A stretch of 64,000 nucleotides of DNA, taken from NCBI RefSeq assembly GCF_053078305.1, contig NZ_CP166879.1; one strand, written 5' to 3'. How positions within the stretch are numbered: the stretch's first letter is position 1; every line of letters starts with the position of its first letter. Positions 32,060 to 42,228 of the stretch are shown piece after piece. The notes below the pieces were generated by a model. That model was not told the DNA's origin, searched no databases, and saw only the letters and a program-made list of their open reading frames with translations. Position numbers and translations under genes: made by a program.

Positions 32060-33658
32060 ATGGTAACTCGGACAATGCAACAAAAGTATCAGTATGATCG
32101 TGTTTTATCCGGCGAACTCCACCCATTCCCTGGCATATACGAGGCGGTTTCCGAACAAATCCTTTTGCTCATTTTTAAAGCACGTCAACTATATCAGGAT
32201 CCAGAATATCGCCCCTGGTTTGAAGAACAGCACAGAGTACTCTCTGCATTACGTGCCAATACAGAGCTCCTGAGAATCTTTAGAGAACAAAGAAGCGCTG
32301 AAGAACCAAAGCTTACTATTGAAGAGTCTACCTCCCCCCAACCCACTCCTTCTGCTCTTACAGATGCGCTTAATGTGATGTGCCATTTATACAATGGTTT
32401 TGATGAAGGAAATATCAGTCTGAAAACCTGGGGGGCGATGCAAGAGGTACAGACAACATCAACCTTTATCAGCCCAGGACCGAGAACCTGGAAAACACCT
32501 GAACTGGCAAAGTTTGTAGGAGATGATTTATTTAATATTCTGACTGAATGTAAGGCCTGGAGTTCACCAATTCCAGCAGAAACCCGACAGGGGTATTGCC
32601 ATCAGGATCTGTCTGTTGCACACTCCTGCACCTCAGAGTTACTGGCACACCTGAATCAATATCATGAAATTGATGAATCAGCAATACTTGCCAGAGTTAT
32701 TGGTATAACAGTTAACGGATTCTACAAGAAAAATAATACAGACCTTCCAGAATGGCTATCCCCCTTTAAAGAGGAACATAAAATATTCAGAGATTGTCCG
32801 GAGCAAAATACCGGGGATGTAATCAGACGGAAAGAACAACTGTTGAAAACAGGACGTACAGAATTCGTGAATAATTTGTGTCGGGTCGCCAACTGGTATG
32901 AAATTGAGTCAATATACGATGAATACGTCCGTCTTTATGCCAATGAAATCATTGACTGGTTCAACAAAACCATGAAGTATTTTAAACCAACAGATTTTAT
33001 CCGATATACATGGAAATTCGCAACAGTTACTCCGGATAAAGATACAGAAACCGGGCATACAACTGCATGGGAAAAGGATTATTGCCAGATAACCATACAA
33101 CGTGATGAACTTCTGAGGTTGATTCACACCAATACCCTTCAGGATGCAGTAATTTATCTTTGTCATTGTCTGCAGAAGGAATACAAGAAATCATCCCAAA
33201 ATGAGATAGAGTTCCCAGGAATAAAACCTCCGACATCAGAGAGTAAAATTAATATAACAAATAATATTAAATTTCATTCTCTCCTGGAGCTCAGTAAAGA
33301 TAATGAGAAGCGTCTGGAAACATTTCAAAAATGGTATGAAAAAAATAAAGTTTTGTTAGAAAGTCATAAACAAAAACGAACAGAGAAGATTGACGTTGCC
33401 GTACGACTTGTAGGGCTGAAAGCCTATGATCTGCATGAAGGGATTCCGGATAGTCCAAAACGAAAAGTTAAAGATGGCATAAATGAAGACATCAAAGCCG
33501 ATACCAGTTTACGCCTGTCAAAGACAAATATAAGTGATACGTCGCTAAACCGTTATCGCCGCACTGTTAAGGAGATTATCAATAACGAAATTGACGCATT
33601 CCTGTTGGAACAGAAGAAAAAAATAAAAGATTTCCCTACAGTGAAGATAGAGATGTGA
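32060..33658 (+). CDS. hypothetical protein (532 aa), no recognisable domain
   Basis: Long uninterrupted ORF in AT-rich island DNA with no competing ORFs. Soluble, Lys/Glu-rich C-terminus. I recognise no motif. The start could be the internal Met at 32075. Confidence 0.6.
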   Translation: MVTRTMQQKYQYDRVLSGELHPFPGIYEAVSEQILLLIFKARQLYQDPEYRPWFEEQHRVLSALRANTELLRIFREQRSAEEPKLTIEESTSPQPTPSALTDALNVMCHLYNGFDEGNISLKTWGAMQEVQTTSTFISPGPRTWKTPELAKFVGDDLFNILTECKAWSSPIPAETRQGYCHQDLSVAHSCTSELLAHLNQYHEIDESAILARVIGITVNGFYKKNNTDLPEWLSPFKEEHKIFRDCPEQNTGDVIRRKEQLLKTGRTEFVNNLCRVANWYEIESIYDEYVRLYANEIIDWFNKTMKYFKPTDFIRYTWKFATVTPDKDTETGHTTAWEKDYCQITIQRDELLRLIHTNTLQDAVIYLCHCLQKEYKKSSQNEIEFPGIKPPTSESKINITNNIKFHSLLELSKDNEKRLETFQKWYEKNKVLLESHKQKRTEKIDVAVRLVGLKAYDLHEGIPDSPKRKVKDGINEDIKADTSLRLSKTNISDTSLNRYRRTVKEIINNEIDAFLLEQKKKIKDFPTVKIEM

Positions 33659-33782
33659 TTCGACCTTTATGGGGAAAATGCCTGACCGGGCAGTAGATCA
33701 CAGATGGGATAACATCCCGGTTATCCCCTGTTTGTTCTGCTTCAGGTTGCCAGAGCTCCAGGAACACGCGGCAATCGGCAAA

Positions 33783-34379
33783 TTATGCGGCTTTTCCATT
33801 AACAGATTCGGCCACAAGAACAACACCGTGTTTGTTTCGATCAGGATGTTCACTCCAGATTTCTGATTCAGGAATACTTTCCCCATCATAGCAGATCCGA
33901 TCACCATCAAACGGATAATACCGTGCGGAATCTGTATCTAAGATAAACACCTTAAGATTCGTTGAACGACGCGCTATATGCTGCCAGAGGGCTTTACCTC
34001 CTTCATATTGCTCGTTATCACTTAATAGTATAACGCCTGCTTTTGTGGCTATTGTTTCATAAACAAACGTAGCAAGGCTAACATCACGTACAGCGCCATC
34101 GACAACAATCCCTTCAATCTGAGCAACGTCCTGTTCTTCCCAGAATTTCCGGACAAACACCCCTTCAAGCTGTGAACGACGCTGAAGCTCCAGAGTGGCA
34201 ACAACCTTATGGCGAATATCACCATCAATAACAGAAGGTGCAGCTTCGATTACCGCAGCGAACGGAGTCTTTGGATCCCAGATGATCTGGTAAAGCACAC
34301 CCTGAATAGTTACTCCATCCAGTATCGAAAAACGACGAGCTACAGTAGCAGGGGAGTAAGACATTGGAATGACAGCCAT
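33783..34379 (-). CDS. hypothetical protein (198 aa), no recognisable domain
   Basis: Clean ORF convergent with the 532-aa gene (124-nt gap). Balanced composition; no motif recognised. Confidence 0.55.
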   Translation of the reverse strand: MAVIPMSYSPATVARRFSILDGVTIQGVLYQIIWDPKTPFAAVIEAAPSVIDGDIRHKVVATLELQRRSQLEGVFVRKFWEEQDVAQIEGIVVDGAVRDVSLATFVYETIATKAGVILLSDNEQYEGGKALWQHIARRSTNLKVFILDTDSARYYPFDGDRICYDGESIPESEIWSEHPDRNKHGVVLVAESVNGKAA

Positions 34380-35526
34380 TTTATGACCTAAAATTTGAAA
34401 ACATCAGTATCAATACTGACCTCATCAGTCTGAGCATATATTGATAAAGTTTTTATGTTTACACTCAATAAATACCTTGCCAAACAACTAATAGCGATGT
34501 CTACATTGCCATTCGACATGCTTACAATTTTTGTCAACAAGAAAGTGAATTTATATCAACGGTAAGAAGTAAACACGAGGACACCAAAACCAAATGTACA
34601 CACTTTTGTGCTTTGTGTCCCCTGTGTGTACCCAAATGACAAACTGCAAGAAAATCTAGGCACACACTTATCTAACTTATTGATTTAAATGGTGCGATAA
34701 TAGGAATAAAACAAAAGATAAAAATCAATTGATATTTAACAATTTTTTATTGTTGTGTTTTCAATGATACCCCCAAAAGTACCCCCAAATAATTTTATTC
34801 CCTGTCAAAAACTGATAAATGCTCTCAGATATGAGCATTCCTATAGAGGGTTATATCCAGCAAAAAACATGATCCAGTAAAACATCTCGTCGACCAGTTG
34901 CATGGCACGCTCTGTTTTATCCGGGTGCACGGCGTGATTCTGCCCATGCATTACAATCGCCCTGAAGACTTCACATGTATTACTCACTAATTGTGTATCT
35001 TCTTGTGACGTTGGAGTCAACCGTAGTGTTATCGCGCTACGTTTTTTGGCTCCAGCTATAGTACTGCACTTTTTGAGTAGTGACCTACATTTTTCATGCC
35101 GTGTTCCCCTATCCCCGCCCTCTCATCCGCACATCGAATTTCAAGCCTCCTGCAAACCTGCATGACGCTTTCTGGAATATTGCGCCAGCGTTCAATTTAT
35201 CCCCGTTTCTGCGGATGTCTGACCGTGAGCGGCGGTGACTGGTTAACGACGTTATGCAGATACACCTGCACTTAAAAGATAACCGTAGGGATGTGACGAA
35301 ACTTTTGTAGGCTCAGTTTCGGGAGGGGGAACAATAGTCATTATGACCATTCAACCACCAACCAATATCCATGATTCTCTCCCGAATTAGTGATACACCT
35401 TTACCCCTGAGCTCTTCTCAAACAAAGGCTTTATGAAATGTATTTACAAACATCCGGACAGGGGACTGATACACTTTCATTTGCCCCCTCCCCGGCCGAC
35501 TCTTCCTTCTTACAGATTCTGAATAA

Positions 35527-36927
35527 TTATTGTTCGAACTTCGGAGCAATCAGATTATCAAGATTGAATGTCTTCTCCCATTCTTCCTGTGTGAGTAGCT
35601 TACGTTCGACAACCACTATCTGATGGAGGGATTTACCTGTATGGTATGCTTCGTGCGCCATTTCAGAACACACCTTATATCCCAGATGTGGCTTCAGGAG
35701 AGTCACAATACCGCAGGAATGCATTACCATCTCTGCAGTTCGATCGGAATTGGCTGTAATGCCATCAATGCATTTAGTACGGAGTGTGTTGCAGGCATTC
35801 GTCATCACCTTGAGTGAGGTGAACAGCGCAAAAGTGATAACCGGCTCCATAACGTTAAGCTCAAGCTGACCTGCGGATGCCGCCAGCATCACTGTGGTGT
35901 CCAGCCCCTGAACCAGGAAGCAAGACTGGTTTGTTACTTCCGGGATAACAGGGTTAACCTTACCAGGCATAATGGAAGAACCCGGTTGTAACTGAGGCAG
36001 GTTAATTTCAGCCAGTCCGCAACGGGGACCTGAAGCAAGCAACCGAATGTCATTACAAACCTTGGTAAGCTTCACAGAGAGGCTCTTCATGGCCGAACTA
36101 AGTGCAACGTATGCACCACAGTCGCTTGTGGCAGCGATGAGATCTTCACTGTTCCTGAAATTAATACCTGTGAACTGGGCCAGGTATTTCACGGCTAAAG
36201 CGGGATAATCCGGGTGAGCAGTAACACAGGTACCAATCGCAGTAGCACCAAGGTTTACAACCCGCAGGTGTTCCTGCGCATTGCGGATGACCCGAATTTC
36301 ATCATTAATTGTAAAACCCCAGCCATGAAACTCCTGACCGAGGGTCATTGGCACTGCATCCTGCAGATGAGTGCGTCCCATCTTGAGTACTCTGCTGAAT
36401 TCGTCAGCCTTTTTGTAGAATGCCCCAACAAGGTGTTCAACAGCCTCAAGCAATACATTGCTTCGCAGCAGCAATGCCAGATGTAATGCTGTCGGATATG
36501 TATCATTGGTGGACTGACCAAAATTAGCATGGTCGTTTGGCGAAACGCGTTTGTAATCCCCTTTAACGCTACCAAGTTTTTCTGCAGCAAGATTACAAAT
36601 CACTTCATTGCAGTTCATATTGGTTGACGTTCCGGCTCCTCCCTGAAGCCAGTCGGTCACAAACTGTTCCCGGTACTTACCATCAATTAATTGGTCGCAA
36701 GCCCAGATTAAAGCATCCGCAACATCAGCAGGAATTGTACCTAACTCCTTATTAGCCATCGCAGCTGCTTTTTTCACATAACCGAAGGCAATGATGAAGA
36801 AGGGCTCCTGACTCATTGGCATTTCAGTAATATGGAAATTATCCTCACCACGAAGTGTCTGAACACCATAATAGCAATCATCCGGAACTTCACGCTCACC
36901 AAGGAAATCACTTTCAGTACGAGACAT
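35527..36927 (-). CDS. aspartate ammonia-lyase (aspartase) paralogue
   Basis: 466 aa; fumarase/aspartase signature GSSIMPGKVNPV. Collinear with my memory of E. coli AspA (GGAGTS.NMN.NEV, NLGATAIGT, TSDCGAYV, NVMEPV). Confidence 0.85.
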   Translation of the reverse strand: MSRTESDFLGEREVPDDCYYGVQTLRGEDNFHITEMPMSQEPFFIIAFGYVKKAAAMANKELGTIPADVADALIWACDQLIDGKYREQFVTDWLQGGAGTSTNMNCNEVICNLAAEKLGSVKGDYKRVSPNDHANFGQSTNDTYPTALHLALLLRSNVLLEAVEHLVGAFYKKADEFSRVLKMGRTHLQDAVPMTLGQEFHGWGFTINDEIRVIRNAQEHLRVVNLGATAIGTCVTAHPDYPALAVKYLAQFTGINFRNSEDLIAATSDCGAYVALSSAMKSLSVKLTKVCNDIRLLASGPRCGLAEINLPQLQPGSSIMPGKVNPVIPEVTNQSCFLVQGLDTTVMLAASAGQLELNVMEPVITFALFTSLKVMTNACNTLRTKCIDGITANSDRTAEMVMHSCGIVTLLKPHLGYKVCSEMAHEAYHTGKSLHQIVVVERKLLTQEEWEKTFNLDNLIAPKFEQ

Positions 36928-37163
36928 AATTTTCTAACTCCATTTTTCAAAAACAACGATTATAATTATGAATTGTTTAACCGGAACTATGCTCTCGGAA
37001 TTTGAACTCTCAACTTCATTGAATAAGAACCTCGATAACATGTGATTTCAATCTGTCAGAATTCTTCTGACAGTCAGTAACTGAATGCAAATTAACTGCC
37101 TGACTAATTATCAAATAGTAACTCTGTAACTACTTCCATAAAGAATGAAAAATTATGATTCTG

Positions 37164-38462
37164 TCAGACCACCATTGGTGCAATCACAAACCCAAATGTC
37201 ACTCCTGCAATAACACCTCCCAACCCGGGTAGCATAAATGGGTGATTTAATACATATTTGCCCACACGGGTTGTACCGGTAGTATCAAATTCCATCGCGG
37301 CCAGTGATGTTGGATACGTTGGAAGCACGAATACTCCCGTAACGGCAACATAAGATGCAAGAATTGCCCAGGTGGGTACATCAAGCGCCACAGCAAGCGG
37401 AATAATTAACGGCGTGGTCGCGCCTTGCGAGTAGAGCAGAGCACAAGTGCCAAAAAGAACCAGCGCCAACAACATCGGATAGGCCTGCAAAATATCGCCA
37501 GCAGTATCCTTAATCTCGGTTAAATGCGCATCAATAAAAGTAGTGCCTAAGGTTACAATGCCGAGAATCACCGCCAGCGAGCTCATCCCCGCACGAAATG
37601 TGGAGGTGAGAATAATGGCATCGGTAGCCGTCTTGCACAGCACCACCATCAGGCAGGCGGCAGAGAGCATACAGATAATAATAATATCGCGTGTTTCCAT
37701 CGGTTTGCCGATATCAAACCCCGGACGCAGTTGAGGGAAAGCGGCAAGAATAACAATGGCGACCGTCGCCAGCAGGAACAATCCTACGGAAAGCGTCGCA
37801 CCAGGTTTGATGCTGCTATTATTCTCGTATTTATGCACCAGTCCTTTTTGCAGACGCTCAAGATAGACCTCGTCATCCTGCAACTCACATCCTTGTCGGG
37901 AAGCAATAAAAGCGGCGACCATCGCGGCGGCAAAAGAGGTAGGAAGACATACCGACATCACCTCAATAAAACTGACGCCGTTAACCTCCATAATAGTGAG
38001 CATAGCAGCCATTGCGGCGCTGATCGGCGAACCAGAAATCGCTACCTGCGAAGCAACGACCGAACCGGCGAGCGTGCGGGAAGGACGAATACCTGACTCT
38101 TTCGCAACTTCAGCAATCACCGGCAGTGTGGAAAAAACAATAAATCCGGTACCGGCCATAATAGTCATTGACCAGGTAATAATCGGCGCGATGATGTTGA
38201 TATATTTCGGGTTACGACGCATAAAATTACCGGCGACGCGTACCAGATAATCCATTCCGCCTGCGGCCTGTAATGCTGAAGCCGCCACAACAACAGTCAT
38301 AATAATCAGGATCACGTCTACTGGCGGTGACCCCATAGGCAGACCAAATCCCAGAGTCAGGATAGCGAGTCCAAGCCCGCCACATAAACCAATACCGATC
38401 CCTCCCTGGCGAATACCAAAAAATATTGCGCCAAGTACTACGATAATTTCCAGCCAAACCAT
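37164..38462 (-). CDS. anaerobic C4-dicarboxylate transporter, DcuA/DcuB family
   Basis: 432 aa polytopic membrane protein, collinear with DcuA (RRNPKYI, LPVIAEVAKE, LLYSQ, LPTYPT, GTTR.GK...NHPF). Confidence 0.85.
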   Translation of the reverse strand: MVWLEIIVVLGAIFFGIRQGGIGIGLCGGLGLAILTLGFGLPMGSPPVDVILIIMTVVVAASALQAAGGMDYLVRVAGNFMRRNPKYINIIAPIITWSMTIMAGTGFIVFSTLPVIAEVAKESGIRPSRTLAGSVVASQVAISGSPISAAMAAMLTIMEVNGVSFIEVMSVCLPTSFAAAMVAAFIASRQGCELQDDEVYLERLQKGLVHKYENNSSIKPGATLSVGLFLLATVAIVILAAFPQLRPGFDIGKPMETRDIIIICMLSAACLMVVLCKTATDAIILTSTFRAGMSSLAVILGIVTLGTTFIDAHLTEIKDTAGDILQAYPMLLALVLFGTCALLYSQGATTPLIIPLAVALDVPTWAILASYVAVTGVFVLPTYPTSLAAMEFDTTGTTRVGKYVLNHPFMLPGLGGVIAGVTFGFVIAPMVV

Positions 38463-38528
38463 GATGTTCTCCGTTATAAATATAATTTTTTCTAAAAGTG
38501 AATGACTTTCTGGCTGCGATTAAAATGA

Positions 38529-39248
38529 TTATTGGGTTAGAATATGCTGTTTTCCGACACGATTTTCATACCATTTTATTCCGGCGCGAACGAGTGAAGC
38601 AGTTGAGTCAATATAATGAGAAGGCTGTGCTTTAACAGCTTCTGCCAGAATAACCGGAATTTCCGTACAACCAAGAACAAGAACTTCAGCGCCGCGAGAA
38701 AATAGTATTTCAGCCTGCTCGCTCATCAACTGTTGTGCATGCGTCATATCGCCAGCTTTCAAAGAATAAATACTTTCCATTACTTTTTTCTGACTGTCTG
38801 CATCGGGGCGGATACAGGTAAGTCCCAGCGACTCAATTCCTTTTTGGTATAATCCCATATACAGCGTAGCATTGGTGGCTAACAGGCCAATGCGGGTTTT
38901 ACCACAGTCGCGAACTTCATTGATCGTTGTCTCTACGATACTTAATATATCAATATGACAAGCATCTTTTAATTCTTTGAACCAGTAATGTGCGGTATTA
39001 CAGGGAATAACAATACATTCCGCCCCGGCATCTTCCAGTTTATGCATATAGTCACGCATAACAGGTAACGGCGAGCGCCCATGATGCATTAATGCATCGG
39101 TACGGTCAGGAATATTCGGAATAGAAGAAATAATTAATGGAATATGTTCCTGATCACGTTGTGCGGTGGTAAACGTCACAAATTTATTAAACAGATCGAC
39201 GGTAGCCGCCGGCCCCATTCCGCCGAGCACACCGATTAAACCTTTCAT
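38529..39248 (-). CDS. aspartate racemase (Asp/Glu/hydantoin racemase family)
   Basis: 239 aa; N-terminal GVLGGMGPAAT; the two catalytic-Cys contexts IPCNTAH and VLGCTE. Confidence 0.8.
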   Translation of the reverse strand: MKGLIGVLGGMGPAATVDLFNKFVTFTTAQRDQEHIPLIISSIPNIPDRTDALMHHGRSPLPVMRDYMHKLEDAGAECIVIPCNTAHYWFKELKDACHIDILSIVETTINEVRDCGKTRIGLLATNATLYMGLYQKGIESLGLTCIRPDADSQKKVMESIYSLKAGDMTHAQQLMSEQAEILFSRGAEVLVLGCTEIPVILAEAVKAQPSHYIDSTASLVRAGIKWYENRVGKQHILTQ

Positions 39249-39601
39249 AATCTTTACCTCTCAGAACCTCAATAATAAATCTTAAATAACTACATCTCAT
39301 TTTTTAACAGTCTCCAATGGTTATGAGAAATGCAATGTTGTACAATGTAATGCAAGACTTGCATACTGTGGCTTTGTAATATATGAGCAATTTAGCATTG
39401 TGGCGTGAATACCTTTCATAATGATGAAAACAAACGCTTTTTGACGAGGTGTTAAACTTGTTTCGATACAAAAAATGAATGAATCATGCATAAAACGAAT
39501 AAGAAAATTTCAAATATGTTATCTGTAAACATTACTTTGATTTTCGGGGAAGTATCTTAACTAAGATTTGATAATAGTGGGATAATAGTGGGATTATAGA
39601 A

Positions 39602-40507
39602 ATGAAAAATATAGAGACAAAATGGTTATATGATTTTCTGGCGCTGGAAGCCTGTCGCAGTTTTTGTCAGGCAGCAAAAGAACGTAACCTTTCACAACCA
39701 GCATTCAGCAGAAGAATAAAGGCGTTAGAGTCAGCGATTGGTGTTGTTTTGTTCGATCGTACAACCTCACCTGTACAATTAACTGAAGAGGGTAGGCTTT
39801 TTCACTCCCAGACACGCAGTTTAGTGCAGCAGCTTGAATGCAATCTGAATGAATTAGGGGGGCTAAATTCATTCAATTTGCCCAATATTAAGATTGCAGC
39901 TGCTCACTCATTATCCCTCAGCATATTACCTAAACTGGTGTACTCACTCACTACCTTTGGCGGAGATTTTATCTATCATGTTGAGGCTATTGATGTTGTC
40001 CAAGCCGTAAATACATTACGAGAAGGGAAGAGTGACTTTGTTATTTCATTTCGAGATGAGGAGTTTATGCAATCGCCATTTTGCTACCTGAAACTGTTTG
40101 AGTCTGAGCTATATCCGGTATGTGCTGCTGATCAGCGGGGAAAACCAATTTTTGATATTACCCATTCACAGACCCCTTTGCTCAACTATACTCCAACTTC
40201 TTATATGGGCAGACTGGTTAATCATCATTTAGCAGAGTTAGGAGGGATATCCGGACACACAATTTTTGTATCTTCAATGAGTGAACTACTAAAAAATATG
40301 GCGCTCAATGGACTTGGTATTGCCTGGCTTCCACTCTGGTCAATTGCTGATGAGCTGAAGACCAAACGTCTTGTATGCCCGGGTTCAACTAAATGGACCG
40401 TGCCTATTCAGGCTTATATTTATCGTATGGATACTCGGCTGAATAAAACAGCTGAACACTTTTGGACGATTTTACGAAATAACATTGAAAAACTCAATGG
40501 TGAATAA
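39602..40507 (+). CDS. LysR-family transcriptional regulator, divergent from the aspartate operon
   Basis: 301 aa; N-terminal wHTH (FCQAAKERNLSQPAFSRRIKALE) and a LysR substrate-binding C-terminus. Confidence 0.85.
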   Translation: MKNIETKWLYDFLALEACRSFCQAAKERNLSQPAFSRRIKALESAIGVVLFDRTTSPVQLTEEGRLFHSQTRSLVQQLECNLNELGGLNSFNLPNIKIAAAHSLSLSILPKLVYSLTTFGGDFIYHVEAIDVVQAVNTLREGKSDFVISFRDEEFMQSPFCYLKLFESELYPVCAADQRGKPIFDITHSQTPLLNYTPTSYMGRLVNHHLAELGGISGHTIFVSSMSELLKNMALNGLGIAWLPLWSIADELKTKRLVCPGSTKWTVPIQAYIYRMDTRLNKTAEHFWTILRNNIEKLNGE

Positions 40508-40602
40508 CTAGAAACATCGGGGACAGTTTTCTTCAGGAAGGAGAATCTCAAGAAAGCTTGATATCAGTGATATATTACGTTAACGGAGCGCCGTATTGAC
40601 GC

Positions 40603-40776
40603 TTATTTATTGGTGAGAACTACGTTCCATAGCAGGAGTTCATCAACACGGTTGAAAGGCCATTCCTGCAGTACGCTCAGGATATGGCGCAGATCCGCCT
40701 CCGGATTGCTGATCAGCCCGTACAGTAGCGCACCACGCTCTCCACCGTGATCGTTGTCGAAGAACATGTAGATGAT
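40603..40776 (-). pseudogene. IS66-family transposase C-terminal remnant (57 codons)
   Basis: Minus-strand translation IIYMFFDNDHGGERGALLYGLISNPEADLRHILSVLQEWPFNRVDELLLWNVVLTNK* fits the IS66 TnpC C-terminal pattern (GGERAA..YSLI...PEAYLR.VL....P.NRV.ELLPWN), with an internal deletion. Confidence 0.6.
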
Positions 40777-40830
40777 ATGACCTTTATATACTCACTATAG
40801 CATTGGTGGGATATTCCAGAGGAGGTCATC

Positions 40831-41607
40831 ATGCATTCGGAAAATATTGCGGCTTACGTCGGGCTGGATGTGCATAAAGAAACGTTGGAGGTTGCTATTG
40901 CTGCACCTGAACGGCTTGGCGAAGTTCATTATTATGGTACGATTAACAACGAAGCCCAGGCTGTACGTCGATTATTTCAGAAATTGCAGGGACTTTACGG
41001 AAACATTCTTTCCTGCTATGAGGCTGGCCCCTGTGGTTTTGGGCTGTATCATCAACTCACAGCGATGAATATAAAATGCCAGGTTATTGCCCCTTCCCGG
41101 ATACCAAAATCACCGACAGACAGAATCAAAAATGATCATCGGGACGCAATTTCTCTCGCCAGGTTACTGCGGGCTGGAGAACTTACCCCTGCCTGGATCC
41201 CTGACCTGACTCATGAAGCTATGCGGGATCTAATCAGAGCCCGTGCAGCAGCTAAACGAGACAGCAGAGTTGCCCGACAGCGAATTCTGAGCATGCTATT
41301 GCGAACAGACAAACATTATGCAGGAAAGCACTGGACAGGAAAACACCGAACCTGGTTAGCTAATCAATCATTTAGTCAGCCATCTCAACAGATTGCTTTT
41401 CAGCACTATTGTCAGAGTCTGGAGCAGATTGAAGATCGCATACAGAAAATTAATGGTCATACGGCTGTTATCACATTTGATCCCGATATTGAGATGTTTC
41501 GCAGTGAGTTTACAGGCCTGAATGGCGGAGCTGATTTTTACGCGCACAGCGTAGAGGAGTTTAAGCGCAAAGGGATTAAGTCACTTGAAATTGAACCGGC
41601 CCCTTGA
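40831..41607 (+). pseudogene. IS110-family transposase N-terminal (DEDD) fragment fused to a HicB-like antitoxin fragment
   Basis: YVGLDVHKETLEVAI...CYEAGPCGFGLYHQL...KNDHRDAISLARLLRAGEL is the IS110 N-terminal domain. The C-terminal transposase domain is missing. The tail HTAVITFDPDIEMFRSEFTGLNGGADFYAHSVEEFKRKG resembles HicB N-termini. Confidence 0.65.
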
Positions 41608-41961
41608 AACGCCAGACAGTGGATGTATCTTAAAATAAGAGATAGGCTTGGATATATGTCTAACACTAGTGCTAATTTTGAGATGACTGGAATTTTGCTG
41701 GGGCAGGAGCTTCGTAAACGTAAAACTCCTCAGGAAAAAATCGCCATTATTCAGCAGACAATGGAACCCGGTATGACGGTGTCCCATGTGGCGCGTTTGC
41801 ATGGTATTCAGCCCAGCCTGTTGTTTAAGTGGAAAAAACAATATCTGGAAGGAAGTCTCACTGCTGTTGCTGCCGGAGAGGATGTCGTTCCTGCCTCAGA
41901 ACTGGCTGCCGCTATAAAACAAATAAAAGAGTTACAGCGCTTGCTGGGTAAGAAATCTATG

Positions 41962-42228
41962 GTCCCCACCATTTTTGCAACACTGATTTTGATTGATGTT
42001 GGCTTGCCTAAATCTATCCGGCGTCATTATGGGCATGGATGCCCGCGCCTCGATGAGTTCCGCACCTGATGAGCCCAAAAAACCATCCGGCTTCAGTGAG
42101 CCATTTTCTTGCTGAGGCTTTTCATCAGGCCGATATGCCGTTCATGTCATCAATAATCAGTCTTCGCAAAACCAGATTGGGAACTACTTTAATTCATGAT
42201 TAACCTGCCAGCCAGACTGGCGCCATCG
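41962..42228 (-). ncRNA. candidate guide RNA (bridge RNA / seekRNA) region of the IS1111-group element
   Basis: 267-bp non-coding end downstream of the recombinase. It contains AAATCTAT (42010-42017), identical to the target flank 41953-41960, and an 8-bp stem at 42065-42072/42122-42129. RNA ends are not determined. Confidence 0.3.

Noticed and set aside
34380-35526. Decayed integrase or tRNA attachment site at the island end
   Set aside because: I translated the minus strand in three frames and saw no tyrosine-recombinase motifs (no HxxR or catalytic Y context). There is no GGTTCGAATCC-type T-arm and no CCA end.
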